Translations under genes and position numbers: made by a program | Assembly: GCA_965367295.1 (NCBI GenBank) | Contig: CBDUHN010000010.1 | Span: 2,906-66,905, forward strand | DNA length: 64,000 nucleotides | Direction of reading: 5' to 3' | Source: an uncultured Gammaproteobacteria bacterium | GTDB taxonomy: Bacteria > Pseudomonadota > Gammaproteobacteria > DSM-19610 | Part shown: positions 31,069-39,571 of the stretch, one piece after another | Numbering within the stretch: the first letter of the stretch is position 1 | Layout: every line of letters begins with the position of its first letter | The notes under the pieces: generated by a model | Database searches by the model: none | Told to the model about the DNA's origin: nothing | What the model saw: the letters and a program-made list of their open reading frames with translations, nothing else

Positions 31069-31542
31069 GTGAATAGTTTGAAACGCAGAACGTTCCTGAA
31101 AGGCACTGCCGCGGTCGGAAGCCTCAGCATTGCAATGAGTGCCGGCCTGTTGACTCCCCGCATGGTACTGGCGGCATGGCCGAAGGCGGCCTTTGATGCC
31201 AAGTCCGTCGATGAAGCCCTCAGCGCCCTGATGGGAACCACTACCCTCGAAGGCAGTGACAAGATCAGTATTCGTGCCCCGGATATCGCGGAAAACGGCG
31301 CCGTGGTACCAGTATCGGTCACCACCGACATCGCCAACATCGAGTCCATCAGCATTATCGCGGAAAAGAACGCCACCCCGCTGACCGCCTCCTTCCAGCT
31401 GGGTGCCGGTGCCGAAGGCTTCGTATCCACCCGCATCAAGATGGGCAAGACCTCCAGCGTAATCGCCGTTGTCAAAGCCGGCGGCAAACTCCACAGCACA
31501 GGCAAAGAGGTCAAGGTCACCATCGGTGGTTGCGGCGGTTAA
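31069..31542 (+). CDS. soxY: Sulfur-carrier protein SoxY
   Basis: It has a GTG start, a Tat signal (RRTFLKG) and the diagnostic C-terminal GGCGG swinging-arm motif. Confidence 0.95.
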   Translation: MNSLKRRTFLKGTAAVGSLSIAMSAGLLTPRMVLAAWPKAAFDAKSVDEALSALMGTTTLEGSDKISIRAPDIAENGAVVPVSVTTDIANIESISIIAEKNATPLTASFQLGAGAEGFVSTRIKMGKTSSVIAVVKAGGKLHSTGKEVKVTIGGCGG

Positions 31543-31590
31543 GCCTCGACTCAAACGTGAATGTGACCAGACTGTAACGAGGAAAGAAGC

Positions 31591-31905
31591 ATGTCAAAAT
31601 CAATCAAGATGCGCGCCAAACTGGAAGGTAACGTAACCACCGTAAAGGCACTGATCAGCCATCCCATGGAAACCGGCCAGAGCAAGGACAAGAAAACGGG
31701 TCAGCTCATTCCTGCCCACTTCATTCAGGAAGTCACCTGTGAGCACAATGGTGCAGCGGTATTGACCAGTCTGTGGGGGCCAGCCATCTCCAAGAATCCC
31801 TACCTGTCATTCCGTTTTGCGGGTGCAAAGAAGGGCGACACCGTGAAGCTGAGCTGGGTGGACAACAAAGGTGAAAGCGATTCGGCAGAAGCCAACATCG
31901 GTTAA
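31591..31905 (+). CDS. soxZ: SoxZ (SoxY partner)
   Basis: The 104-aa ORF MSKSIKMRAKLEGNVTTVKALISHPMETG.. is a typical SoxZ. Confidence 0.93.
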   Translation: MSKSIKMRAKLEGNVTTVKALISHPMETGQSKDKKTGQLIPAHFIQEVTCEHNGAAVLTSLWGPAISKNPYLSFRFAGAKKGDTVKLSWVDNKGESDSAEANIG

Positions 31906-31962
31906 GCCACGATAACGAGTGCACCATCCAAAGCACCGAAAACGACTGGAGGCGAATCATCC

Positions 31963-32799
31963 ATGAAAAAACTGCTGACTATCGCAGCGGCTGTTGCACT
32001 GCTGGGCTCCACGCCCTTCAGTGTGCAGGCCACACCCGAGCAGGACCTGAAGGAATTCCGCGCCTATTTCCACAAGCGCTTCCCCGATACTCCGATGAAT
32101 GACTTTATCAACGGGGTTTACTCTGTTGACAAGGAATCCCGGGATCAATGGGAATCCATCGAGGAATTCCCCCCCTACGAAATCAATGTCGACAATGGCA
32201 AGCAGTTGTTCAATACCCCGTTCAAGAACGGCAAGACCTACGCCAGCTGCTTCAAGAATGATGGCATCGGTATTCGTCAGAACTACCCGTACTTCGATAC
32301 CAAGTCCGGTAAGGTGAAAACCCTGGAGCAGGAAATCAATGAATGTCGGGTGAAAAACGGTGAAGAACCACTGGGCTGGAAGAAAGGCAAGATCGCCGAT
32401 ATCTCCGCTTACATGGCCTACACCTCCCGCGGCAACAAGGTCAACGTGAAGATCCCGAACGATCCTGGTGCCCAGGCGGCCTATGAAAGCGGCAAGGAGT
32501 TTTTCTATGCCAAGCGCGGTCAGCTCAACATGTCCTGCGCCGACTGCCACGTATGGAACGCTGGCAACCGGGTACGCGCCGATATACTGAGCCCGGCCCT
32601 CGGTCATACCACTCACTTCCCGGTCTACCGGTCCAAGTGGGGCGGCCTGGGCACCCTGCACCGCCGTTATGGTGGCTGCAACGAGCAGGTACGCGCCAAG
32701 TCCTTCAAGGCGCAGAGTGCGGAATACCGCAATCTGGAATACTTCCACACCTACATGAGCAATGGTCTGGAAATCAACGGCCCCGGCGCCCGCAAGTAA
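31963..32799 (+). CDS. soxA: SoxA cytochrome (single heme-binding site form)
   Basis: It has a signal peptide, one CxxCH (CADCH) and the conserved GGCNEQ cysteine, which is the distal heme ligand in characterised SoxA. The N-terminal heme site is absent (ASCFKNDG). Confidence 0.92.
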   Translation: MKKLLTIAAAVALLGSTPFSVQATPEQDLKEFRAYFHKRFPDTPMNDFINGVYSVDKESRDQWESIEEFPPYEINVDNGKQLFNTPFKNGKTYASCFKNDGIGIRQNYPYFDTKSGKVKTLEQEINECRVKNGEEPLGWKKGKIADISAYMAYTSRGNKVNVKIPNDPGAQAAYESGKEFFYAKRGQLNMSCADCHVWNAGNRVRADILSPALGHTTHFPVYRSKWGGLGTLHRRYGGCNEQVRAKSFKAQSAEYRNLEYFHTYMSNGLEINGPGARK

Positions 32800-32821
32800 G
32801 CCCAGCTGTTGTTGCTACCGC

Positions 32822-32849
32822 AAACCCGGCTTGACCCCAAGCCGGGTTT
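32822..32849 (+). terminator. Hairpin (possible attenuator or terminator) between soxA and soxB
   Basis: The stem is aaacccggctt/aagccgggttt, an 11-bp perfect stem with loop gacccc, followed by gttacttct (only weakly T-rich). Confidence 0.4.
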
Positions 32850-33051
32850 GTTACTTCTGGCCCCCTATTTGTAACCGCCATCACGGAAGAAATCGGACTA
32901 CGCTTATGGCTCTTGCATCCGGAATATTAGAAGCGGGGCCCGCGTCCCTTACAAAGCGGCTTGCCACCTATGAATGCCCGCAGGTTCCCCTACCCCTATT
33001 CCGTGGCAATCCGATTGCAACCCGACTGTCAACGATCAGTGGAGAAGACAG

Positions 33052-34773
33052 ATGAGCATTTCCCGTCGTGAATTCCTGCAAATGCTGGCGGTAGCCAGCG
33101 CCGCCGGAGTGAGCTTTTCCGGCCGTGCGCTCGCAGGCACCGGCAAACCATCCCAGCTATACGAAATACCCACCTTCGGCAATGTATCATTCCTGCACTA
33201 CACCGATTGCCATGCCCAGTTGCTGCCCATCTGGTTCCGCGAACCCAATATCAACCTCGGTATAGGGGATATGAAAGGCAATCCGCCGCACCTGGTCGGA
33301 GAGGCGTTCCTGAAGCACTATGGGATTGCCCCCGGTACCCGTCAGGCCCATGCCTTCACCTACCTGGATTTCATTGAAGCCGCCAAACAGTACGGCAAGA
33401 TCGGCGGTTTCTCCCACCTCAGCACCCTGGTGAAGAAGATCCGTGCCCAGCGTCCCGGTTCCCTGCTGCTCGATGGTGGAGACACCTGGCAGGGGTCCGC
33501 TACCTCCCTATGGACCAATGCCCAGGACATGGTGGACGCACAGCTGCTGCTGGGCGTCGATATCATGACCCCGCACTGGGAGATGACCTATGGCGCCGAG
33601 CGTGTCATGGAGATCATCGACAACGACTTCCAGGGCAAAATCGACTTCGTGGCCCAGAACGTCAAGGACAACGACTGGGGTGAAGCGGTGTTCAAGCCCT
33701 ATGTGATCCGTGAACAGAATGGGGTGCCTACCGCCATTATCGGCCAGGCCTTCCCCTACACGCCGATCGCCAACCCGCGTTTCATGGTGCCGGACTGGAG
33801 CTTCGGCATTCGTGACGAAAACATGCAGGCCATGGTGGATCAGGCCCGCGAGGAAGGGGCCGAAGCGGTCATCGTACTGTCCCACAACGGCATGGACGTG
33901 GACTTGAAGATGGCCTCCCGCGTCAGCGGCATCGATGCCATCATGGGTGGCCACACCCATGACGCGATTCCCGCCCCGGTGCTGGTCACCAATGCCGGGG
34001 GCAAGACCCTGGTTACCAATGCCGGCTCCAATGGCAAATTCCTCTCGGTACTGGATCTGGAAGTAAAGAACGGCAAGGTGCGCGACTACCGCTACCACCT
34101 GCTACCGGTATTCTCCAACCTGCTGGAAGCCGATGCCGAGATGGAGCAGCACATCAAGTCCGTGCGCGCGCCCTACGAAGAAAAACTCAACGAAAAGCTG
34201 GCGGTCACCGACGACCTGCTCTATCGCCGCGGCAACTTCAACGGCACCTTCGACCAGCTCATCTGTGACGCCATGATGGAAGTCCAGGGTGCCCAGATCG
34301 CCTTCTCTCCCGGTTTCCGCTGGGGCGTAAGCGTATTGCCAGGCGAGGCCATCACCATGGACCACGTAATGACCCAGACCGCCATCACCTATCCCACGGT
34401 GACGTTGAACAACATGAGCGGCGAACGCATCAAGGAAATCCTCGAAGATGTAGCCGACAACCTGTTCAATGAAGACCCCTACTACCAGCAGGGCGGCGAT
34501 ATGGTGCGCGTCGGTGGCCTCAAATACGCCATCGACCCAACCAAGAGTATCGGCAATCGCATCTCCGACATGGAACTGGATGGCAAACCCCTGTCCGCCA
34601 CCAAGGAATACTCGGTGGCCGGCTGGGCAAGCGTTGCCCAGCCCCTGGAGGGCAAGCCCATCTGGGACGTGGTTGCGGAATACCTGCGTGATGTGAAGAC
34701 CGTACACATCAGCGACCTCAATACGCCCACCATCAAGGGCATACGCAACAACCCGGGCCTGGCCGACTCCTGA
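33052..34773 (+). CDS. soxB: Thiosulfohydrolase SoxB (dimanganese 5'-nucleotidase-fold enzyme)
   Basis: The start is at ATG 33052 (GGAGAAG SD), which gives the Tat signal MSISRREFLQMLAVASAAG. The product contains metallophosphoesterase motifs (..LHYTDCHAQL.., ..GGDTWQGS..). Confidence 0.95.
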   Translation: MSISRREFLQMLAVASAAGVSFSGRALAGTGKPSQLYEIPTFGNVSFLHYTDCHAQLLPIWFREPNINLGIGDMKGNPPHLVGEAFLKHYGIAPGTRQAHAFTYLDFIEAAKQYGKIGGFSHLSTLVKKIRAQRPGSLLLDGGDTWQGSATSLWTNAQDMVDAQLLLGVDIMTPHWEMTYGAERVMEIIDNDFQGKIDFVAQNVKDNDWGEAVFKPYVIREQNGVPTAIIGQAFPYTPIANPRFMVPDWSFGIRDENMQAMVDQAREEGAEAVIVLSHNGMDVDLKMASRVSGIDAIMGGHTHDAIPAPVLVTNAGGKTLVTNAGSNGKFLSVLDLEVKNGKVRDYRYHLLPVFSNLLEADAEMEQHIKSVRAPYEEKLNEKLAVTDDLLYRRGNFNGTFDQLICDAMMEVQGAQIAFSPGFRWGVSVLPGEAITMDHVMTQTAITYPTVTLNNMSGERIKEILEDVADNLFNEDPYYQQGGDMVRVGGLKYAIDPTKSIGNRISDMELDGKPLSATKEYSVAGWASVAQPLEGKPIWDVVAEYLRDVKTVHISDLNTPTIKGIRNNPGLADS

Positions 34774-34779
34774 GTCCGT

Positions 34780-34809
34780 CACCCCTCGTCGCAGCTACGG
34801 CGAGGGGTG
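34780..34809 (+). terminator. GC-rich hairpin just after soxB (no T-run)
   Basis: cacccctcg pairs with cgaggggtg (9 bp). It begins 7 nt after the soxB stop. Confidence 0.35.
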
Positions 34810-34940
34810 CTCTCCCCCATCCCCCTCCCCGCATGCGAAGCATCCTGTCTGCGAACAGTCACGGATGAGCATGGATACCACCGGAACCTTTGAATACATT
34901 TGCCTCCTGCCAACACATAACAGGAAACGCAGATTCAGTC

Positions 34941-35026
34941 GTCATTGCGAGGAGTCGCGCGACGAAGCCATCCTGAACTGAATAATACCGTTGTAATAGA
35001 TTGCCGGGCTTTTCGCTCGCAATGAC
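34941..35026. repeat. Inverted pair of short GTCATTGCGAG elements (arms face outward)
   Basis: gtcattgcgag at 34941..34951 and ctcgcaatgac at 35016..35026 form an 11-bp perfect inverted repeat about 64 nt apart. Each arm extends into a GC-rich tail. The pair lies between soxB and tRNA-Lys. Confidence 0.5.
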
Positions 35027-35155
35027 TAAAACGGCCAATGGACGGGGATTCCAGAGGCTTTTGCCCGTGCGCATACGTGACCAGTTCTGCTCCTTGGGAA
35101 CAGCACTATACCGGCAAAAACCGGGGCGGGGAGGGAACAACCAAAGGGGGAAAAA

Positions 35156-35231
35156 TGGTGGGTCGTATAGGATTCGAACCTATGACCAATTGGTTAAAAG
35201 CCAACTGCTCTACCAACTGAGCTAACGACCC
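35156..35231 (-). tRNA. tRNA-Lys (anticodon UUU)
   Basis: The reverse complement is GGGTCGTTAGCTCAGTTGGTAGAGCAGTTGGCTTTTAACCAATTGGTCATAGGTTCGAATCCTATACGACCCACCA. It is 76 nt with an encoded CCA and is nearly identical to E. coli tRNA-Lys. Confidence 0.97.
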
Positions 35232-35318
35232 GTAAAGTGAGCCGGCAATGATACCGAAACAGGGAAAAATGACAACCCTGGACCATGCCAGGCGTGGTGC
35301 GGAACACCATCAACAGAC

Positions 35319-35343
35319 GGGTCCGAATGAATCCGGACCTGCC
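35319..35343. repeat. REP-like palindromic element, copy 6
   Basis: gggtccgaatgaatccggacctgcc lies between tRNA-Lys and the yeeE stop. Confidence 0.65.
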
Positions 35344-35374
35344 CGCCGCCCCTGTGGGGCGGCGCCATGAAGCG

Positions 35375-36580
35375 CTAGACCGCCTCGAGCTTGCGCATGC
35401 CCCTGGGCAACAGGCGCAGGTCCACCAGGGCCGTGACCAGACTCTTGGCAATACTGGCCTCATCTTCATAGACCAGTTTGTAGTACTGCGTCTTCATGGT
35501 CAGAGCGCTACCCAGCACAATGGCACCGAAGGTCATGAAGGAACCCATGGCCAGGGTGGAAATCCCGGTCACACCCTGGCCGATGGTGCAGCCCATGGCC
35601 AGCACGCCACCGATGCCCATCAGGGTTGCGCCGATCATGTGGGTGATGAAGTCCTTCGGTGACGAAAACCACTCAAAGCGGAATTTGCGGAAGATCACCG
35701 CATACAGCAGCGAGCCTACGATTACCCCCGCCACCGACATCACCCCAAAGGTGATCAACAGCATATTGGACGGGTCCATGGTATAACCGACCGTCTCCCC
35801 CATGGGATTGATGAAGGTAAAGGACTGGGTACCGACGCTGAGCGGCTTGCTGTCCATCCAGTCCACATCCTCGATCCACTTCTGGCCCAGGGCGGCACCG
35901 GTGACATACCAGGCGGCGATCACGCCGCCACCGATGACAAGCCCACCCAGGATGTTGTCCAGGTTGCGAAACGGTGCCCAGCGAAACACGATTACCAGCA
36001 GGGCCAGTACCAGCGCCCCACCCAGCCAAGCGCGGATCTGTTCCGGCTCCATGCCGATACCAAGGCCATTGAGTACGGTGCCAAGATCCTGGGCCCGGAT
36101 ACCGGACGCGGAGAGATCGATAGTGGTGGCCTGCACCCAGGGATGGAACAGAACGGCATAGAAATTGGTCTTGGTCATCAGGTAGGCGAAGATCCCTGCC
36201 ACAATGAGCACAAACACCGATTTCAGATTACCGCCGCCGATACGGACCAGAGTCTTGTTACCGCATCCGCTGGCCAGGGTCATGCCGATGCCGAACACCA
36301 GACCACCAACCAGATAGCGCAGCCAGGCGAAACTGCCGGTGCGATACGGTGGCAGGGTTTTGTCGACACTGGCAACACCATAGGCCTCCAGTACCAGCAC
36401 GCCGGTGAGGGCCACGGCAATGGCGAACAACCAGGCGCCGAAACGCCCCTTGTCGCCCATATTCACCCAGTCGGAGACAGCTCCCATGGTGCAAAAATTG
36501 GTCTTGTTGGCGATCGCGCCCATGACGGCGGCGATCGCGAATACATACAGCAAAACGGTTTGATGAGAAGTCAGTTCCAT
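35375..36580 (-). CDS. YeeE/YedE family sulfur-compound (thiosulfate-type) transporter
   Basis: The start is at ATG 36580 (MELTSHQ...). The polytopic protein has the family's conserved Cys-containing loops (NFCTMGA, ASGCGNK, AMGCTIGQG). Confidence 0.87.
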   Translation of the reverse strand: MELTSHQTVLLYVFAIAAVMGAIANKTNFCTMGAVSDWVNMGDKGRFGAWLFAIAVALTGVLVLEAYGVASVDKTLPPYRTGSFAWLRYLVGGLVFGIGMTLASGCGNKTLVRIGGGNLKSVFVLIVAGIFAYLMTKTNFYAVLFHPWVQATTIDLSASGIRAQDLGTVLNGLGIGMEPEQIRAWLGGALVLALLVIVFRWAPFRNLDNILGGLVIGGGVIAAWYVTGAALGQKWIEDVDWMDSKPLSVGTQSFTFINPMGETVGYTMDPSNMLLITFGVMSVAGVIVGSLLYAVIFRKFRFEWFSSPKDFITHMIGATLMGIGGVLAMGCTIGQGVTGISTLAMGSFMTFGAIVLGSALTMKTQYYKLVYEDEASIAKSLVTALVDLRLLPRGMRKLEAV

Positions 36581-36650
36581 GGGGGCACCACCAGTTGGGA
36601 AGTACATGAAAAATTATAGCCTGTGGTCGCCGAGGCGTACCGGAGGCAGC

Positions 36651-37337
36651 TCAATGGGTCGAACCGGCCTGATAGCGGGTAGGATCACTGATCCCCGCCG
36701 CCGCAAAGCCCGCCGCCCGCAACCGGCAGGAATCACAGCGCCCGCAGGCGTGACCCTGCTCGTCGGCGGCATAGCAGGACACCGTGTCCTCGTAGGCTAG
36801 CCCGAGCCGCGTGCCGGTCAGGATGATCTCCGCCTTGCTCATACTGATGAGCGGCGCATGAACATGGAACTTTCCACCCTCCACCCCGGCACGGGTTGCT
36901 AGGTTGGCTAGACGCTCAAACTCGGCAATATATTCCGGCCGGCAATCAGGATAACCCGAATAATCCACGGCATTGACCCCGACGAACAGGTCCCAGGCCT
37001 CCAGTACCTCGGCCCAGCCCAGGGCCAGCGCCAGAAATACCGTGTTGCGCGCCGGTACATAGGTGACAGGGATCCCTTCGGTGGGGGTTTCCGGTACGGC
37101 GATATTCCGGTCGGTCAATGCAGAACCGCCGATATCCCCCATATCCAGGCGAATGACCTTGTGTTCGACGGCTCCCTGCGCCCTGGCCACCCGGCTGGCA
37201 GCTTCCAGTTCGGCCGTATGCCGCTGGCCATAATCAAGGCTGAGCGCATGGCAGTCATACCCCTGCTCGCGGGCCAGTGCCAGGCAGGTGGCGGAATCCA
37301 GTCCACCGGAAAGCAGGATAACGGCCTTTTTCGTCAC
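36651..37337 (-). CDS. queC: 7-cyano-7-deazaguanine synthase QueC
   Basis: [19 protein letters not shown] is a PP-loop. The C-terminal zinc cysteines are C..C..C..C. Confidence 0.95.
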   Translation of the reverse strand: MTKKAVILLSGGLDSATCLALAREQGYDCHALSLDYGQRHTAELEAASRVARAQGAVEHKVIRLDMGDIGGSALTDRNIAVPETPTEGIPVTYVPARNTVFLALALGWAEVLEAWDLFVGVNAVDYSGYPDCRPEYIAEFERLANLATRAGVEGGKFHVHAPLISMSKAEIILTGTRLGLAYEDTVSCYAADEQGHACGRCDSCRLRAAGFAAAGISDPTRYQAGSTH

Positions 37338-37352
37338 GATGTCCGCCGCGAC

Positions 37353-38033
37353 CTAGTGGCCCGGCGTATCCCCCCACAGGTATTTGTGCAGTTGCAGCTG
37401 AAAACGCACCGGCAGGTGGTCGGCCAGCATCCATTCAGCCAGCTGCCGGGGTTCCAGCCGGCCATGACAGGGGGAAAACAGCACTTCACAGCGGGTAGCA
37501 AGGTCGTACGCAGTCAGCTGTTCCCGGCTCCAGTCATAATCGGTGCGGTCACAGATTACGAATTTCACCTGGTCCTGCGCGGTGAGCTGTTGAATATTGT
37601 CCCACCGGTTGCGCTCACATTCACCAGAGCCCGGCGTCTTGAGGTCCATGACCTTCACCACACGCGGGTCCACCTCGCTCATGTCCAACGCTCCACTGGT
37701 CTCCAGCGAAACCTCATAACCCGCGTCGCAGAGTTGTGTGAGCAGCGGCAGGCAGGCCTTCTGTGCCAACGGCTCGCCCCCGGTCACGGTGACGTAGCGA
37801 GGGTGGTAAGCGGACACTTCGGCCAGCAGCTCACCAATGCTCATTCTGTGCCCCCCCTGAAAGGCGTATTCGGTATCGCAGTAACCACAACGCAGCGGGC
37901 AGCCCGTCAGGCGCACGAACACCGTGGGCAGACCGACAGTACGGGTTTCGCCCTGCAGGGAATAGAAGACTTCCGTGATCCGCACCGGTTGTGCCAGCAC
38001 ATCGGGCGTCACGGGGACGGGGGATACAGACAT
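37353..38033 (-). CDS. queE: 7-carboxy-7-deazaguanine synthase QueE (radical SAM)
   Basis: ..EVFYSLQGETRTVGLPTVFVRLTGCPLRCGYCDT.. contains the CxxxCxxC cluster. Confidence 0.93.
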   Translation of the reverse strand: MSVSPVPVTPDVLAQPVRITEVFYSLQGETRTVGLPTVFVRLTGCPLRCGYCDTEYAFQGGHRMSIGELLAEVSAYHPRYVTVTGGEPLAQKACLPLLTQLCDAGYEVSLETSGALDMSEVDPRVVKVMDLKTPGSGECERNRWDNIQQLTAQDQVKFVICDRTDYDWSREQLTAYDLATRCEVLFSPCHGRLEPRQLAEWMLADHLPVRFQLQLHKYLWGDTPGH

Positions 38034-38097
38034 GGCGTAATGGTACTACAGGCGGGGGGCTGTCAGCACCGTGCGGTCATGGTGAATATGCAGCCCC

Positions 38098-38127
38098 CTG
38101 CAGGTCCGAATGAATTCGGACCTGCAG
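38098..38127. repeat. REP-like palindromic element, copy 7 (perfect 14-bp arms)
   Basis: ctgcaggtccgaat-ga-attcggacctgcag is the best-preserved copy. It lies between cpoB and queE. Confidence 0.8.
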
Positions 38128-38150
38128 ATACACCGTTCCCGGGACCGGGC

Positions 38151-38963
38151 CTAGTGCCCTTCCTTGGTCATGCGTTCAAGACGATCATTGGACAACCGGG
38201 CCGCCGTGGAATCAGGGAAGCGCGCCACCACCGACTCCAGAGTCTTCCTGGCCTCGGCCCAGTCCTTGCGTTCATACTGGATGAAACCCCGTTTGAGCTG
38301 CGCATCGGCCACCTTGGAGCTGCCTGGAAACTCCTCCACCACCTTGGTGAACTCCTGCAGCGCGGTATCGAAATCGCGGGTCACATAGTAGGCCTCACCG
38401 AGCCAGTACTGGGCGTTGGCGGCATAGCGGCTGCCCGGATAGCTGGAACGGAACACCCGGAACGCCTTGGCCGCCTCGCCATAACGCCCCTCCTTGAGGA
38501 TATCCAGGGCATGTTCGTAGGCATCGCGTTCCTTCATCGTATCCAGCGGATCCACGCTGGCGGCATCGGACGGGCCACCCATGGCATCCGGGGACGACGG
38601 TGCCGGCGCAACGTCTGCCGGAGGCATGGCCGGTTCCAGCGACTGCGTCCCGGGCGCGGCCTGGACGCCGCCCACCTCGAGCCGGTGCAGGCGGCGGTCG
38701 ATATCCAGGTACAGCTCCCGCTGGCGCTGTTGCAGGCTGTTCAGGCTGTTGGTCTGCACCTCGAGATCGCCTCGCAGTTGCTGCACTTCGCGCTGCAACT
38801 GGTCGATGCGCTTGAGCATCTCCAGCATGGAGCCACTGTCCAGTACCCGCTCCATACGCTCGACGCGCTGGATCAGGGCCGGGTCATCGCGTGCCACGGC
38901 ATTCGCCGTGGCCATCAACAGCGCCACGGCGGACAGGGCCCAGAGCCCCTTGCGCCCATTCAT
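38151..38963 (-). CDS. cpoB: Tol-Pal system protein CpoB (YbgF)
   Basis: It has a signal peptide from ATG 38963, an N-terminal coiled coil, C-terminal TPRs (..AQYWLGEAYY..) and is the last gene of the tol-pal cluster. Confidence 0.88.
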   Translation of the reverse strand: MNGRKGLWALSAVALLMATANAVARDDPALIQRVERMERVLDSGSMLEMLKRIDQLQREVQQLRGDLEVQTNSLNSLQQRQRELYLDIDRRLHRLEVGGVQAAPGTQSLEPAMPPADVAPAPSSPDAMGGPSDAASVDPLDTMKERDAYEHALDILKEGRYGEAAKAFRVFRSSYPGSRYAANAQYWLGEAYYVTRDFDTALQEFTKVVEEFPGSSKVADAQLKRGFIQYERKDWAEARKTLESVVARFPDSTAARLSNDRLERMTKEGH

Positions 38964-38964
38964 A

Positions 38965-39513
38965 CTACTGGCCTCCATAGACCAGTTCGACACGGCGGTT
39001 CATGCGCCAGGCCGATTCATCATGACCATCCACGGCAGGGCGTTCCTCGCCATAGCTGACCACACGGATCTGCTGGGGTGCCACACCCTGGAACTCCATC
39101 TGGCGACGTACGGACTGGGCGCGGCGGTCACCGAGACCAATATTGTATTCCCGGGAACCCCGCTCATCGGCGTGTCCTTCCAGGGTCACCGTCAAATCGC
39201 TGTGTCCGGCCAGAAAAGCGGCATGGGCCGCCAGGACTTCCCGGTCCGCCTCGGCGACGTCACTGCTGTCGAGTTCGAAATACACCACCCGCTGCGACAG
39301 CAGGCTACCCGGATCCTGCAATGCTTCAATACCCAGGCTGCCGTAATCCTGCGCCCCCATGGTCTGCACACCCGCAGTATCCGCACCCTCCATCATGCTG
39401 GTGCCGCGATCCTCCACCGCCACTTCACCGCCGGTCTTGCTGCCCGTAGTGCTACAGGCCGTAACCACCAGCATCAGCACCACACCAAACCACATTTTCA
39501 TTTGCTGTTTCAT
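38965..39513 (-). CDS. pal: Peptidoglycan-associated lipoprotein Pal
   Basis: It has the lipobox VVTAC and an OmpA-like C-terminal domain (..FELDSSDV.. and ..LEGHADERGSREYNIGLGDRRA..). Confidence 0.93.
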   Translation of the reverse strand: MKQQMKMWFGVVLMLVVTACSTTGSKTGGEVAVEDRGTSMMEGADTAGVQTMGAQDYGSLGIEALQDPGSLLSQRVVYFELDSSDVAEADREVLAAHAAFLAGHSDLTVTLEGHADERGSREYNIGLGDRRAQSVRRQMEFQGVAPQQIRVVSYGEERPAVDGHDESAWRMNRRVELVYGGQ

Positions 39514-39571
39514 TGCCCTCTCCTTAAGTGAGGATGTTGTATCAAAACTTCTTTGGATTTCGTACCCAGTT

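Noticed and set aside
37161-39059. 632-aa ORF on the plus strand.
   Set aside because: It is antisense to queE, cpoB and pal, all of which have diagnostic motifs. The ORF crosses two intergenic regions and a REP element, and its composition is Arg/Gly/His/Pro-rich.
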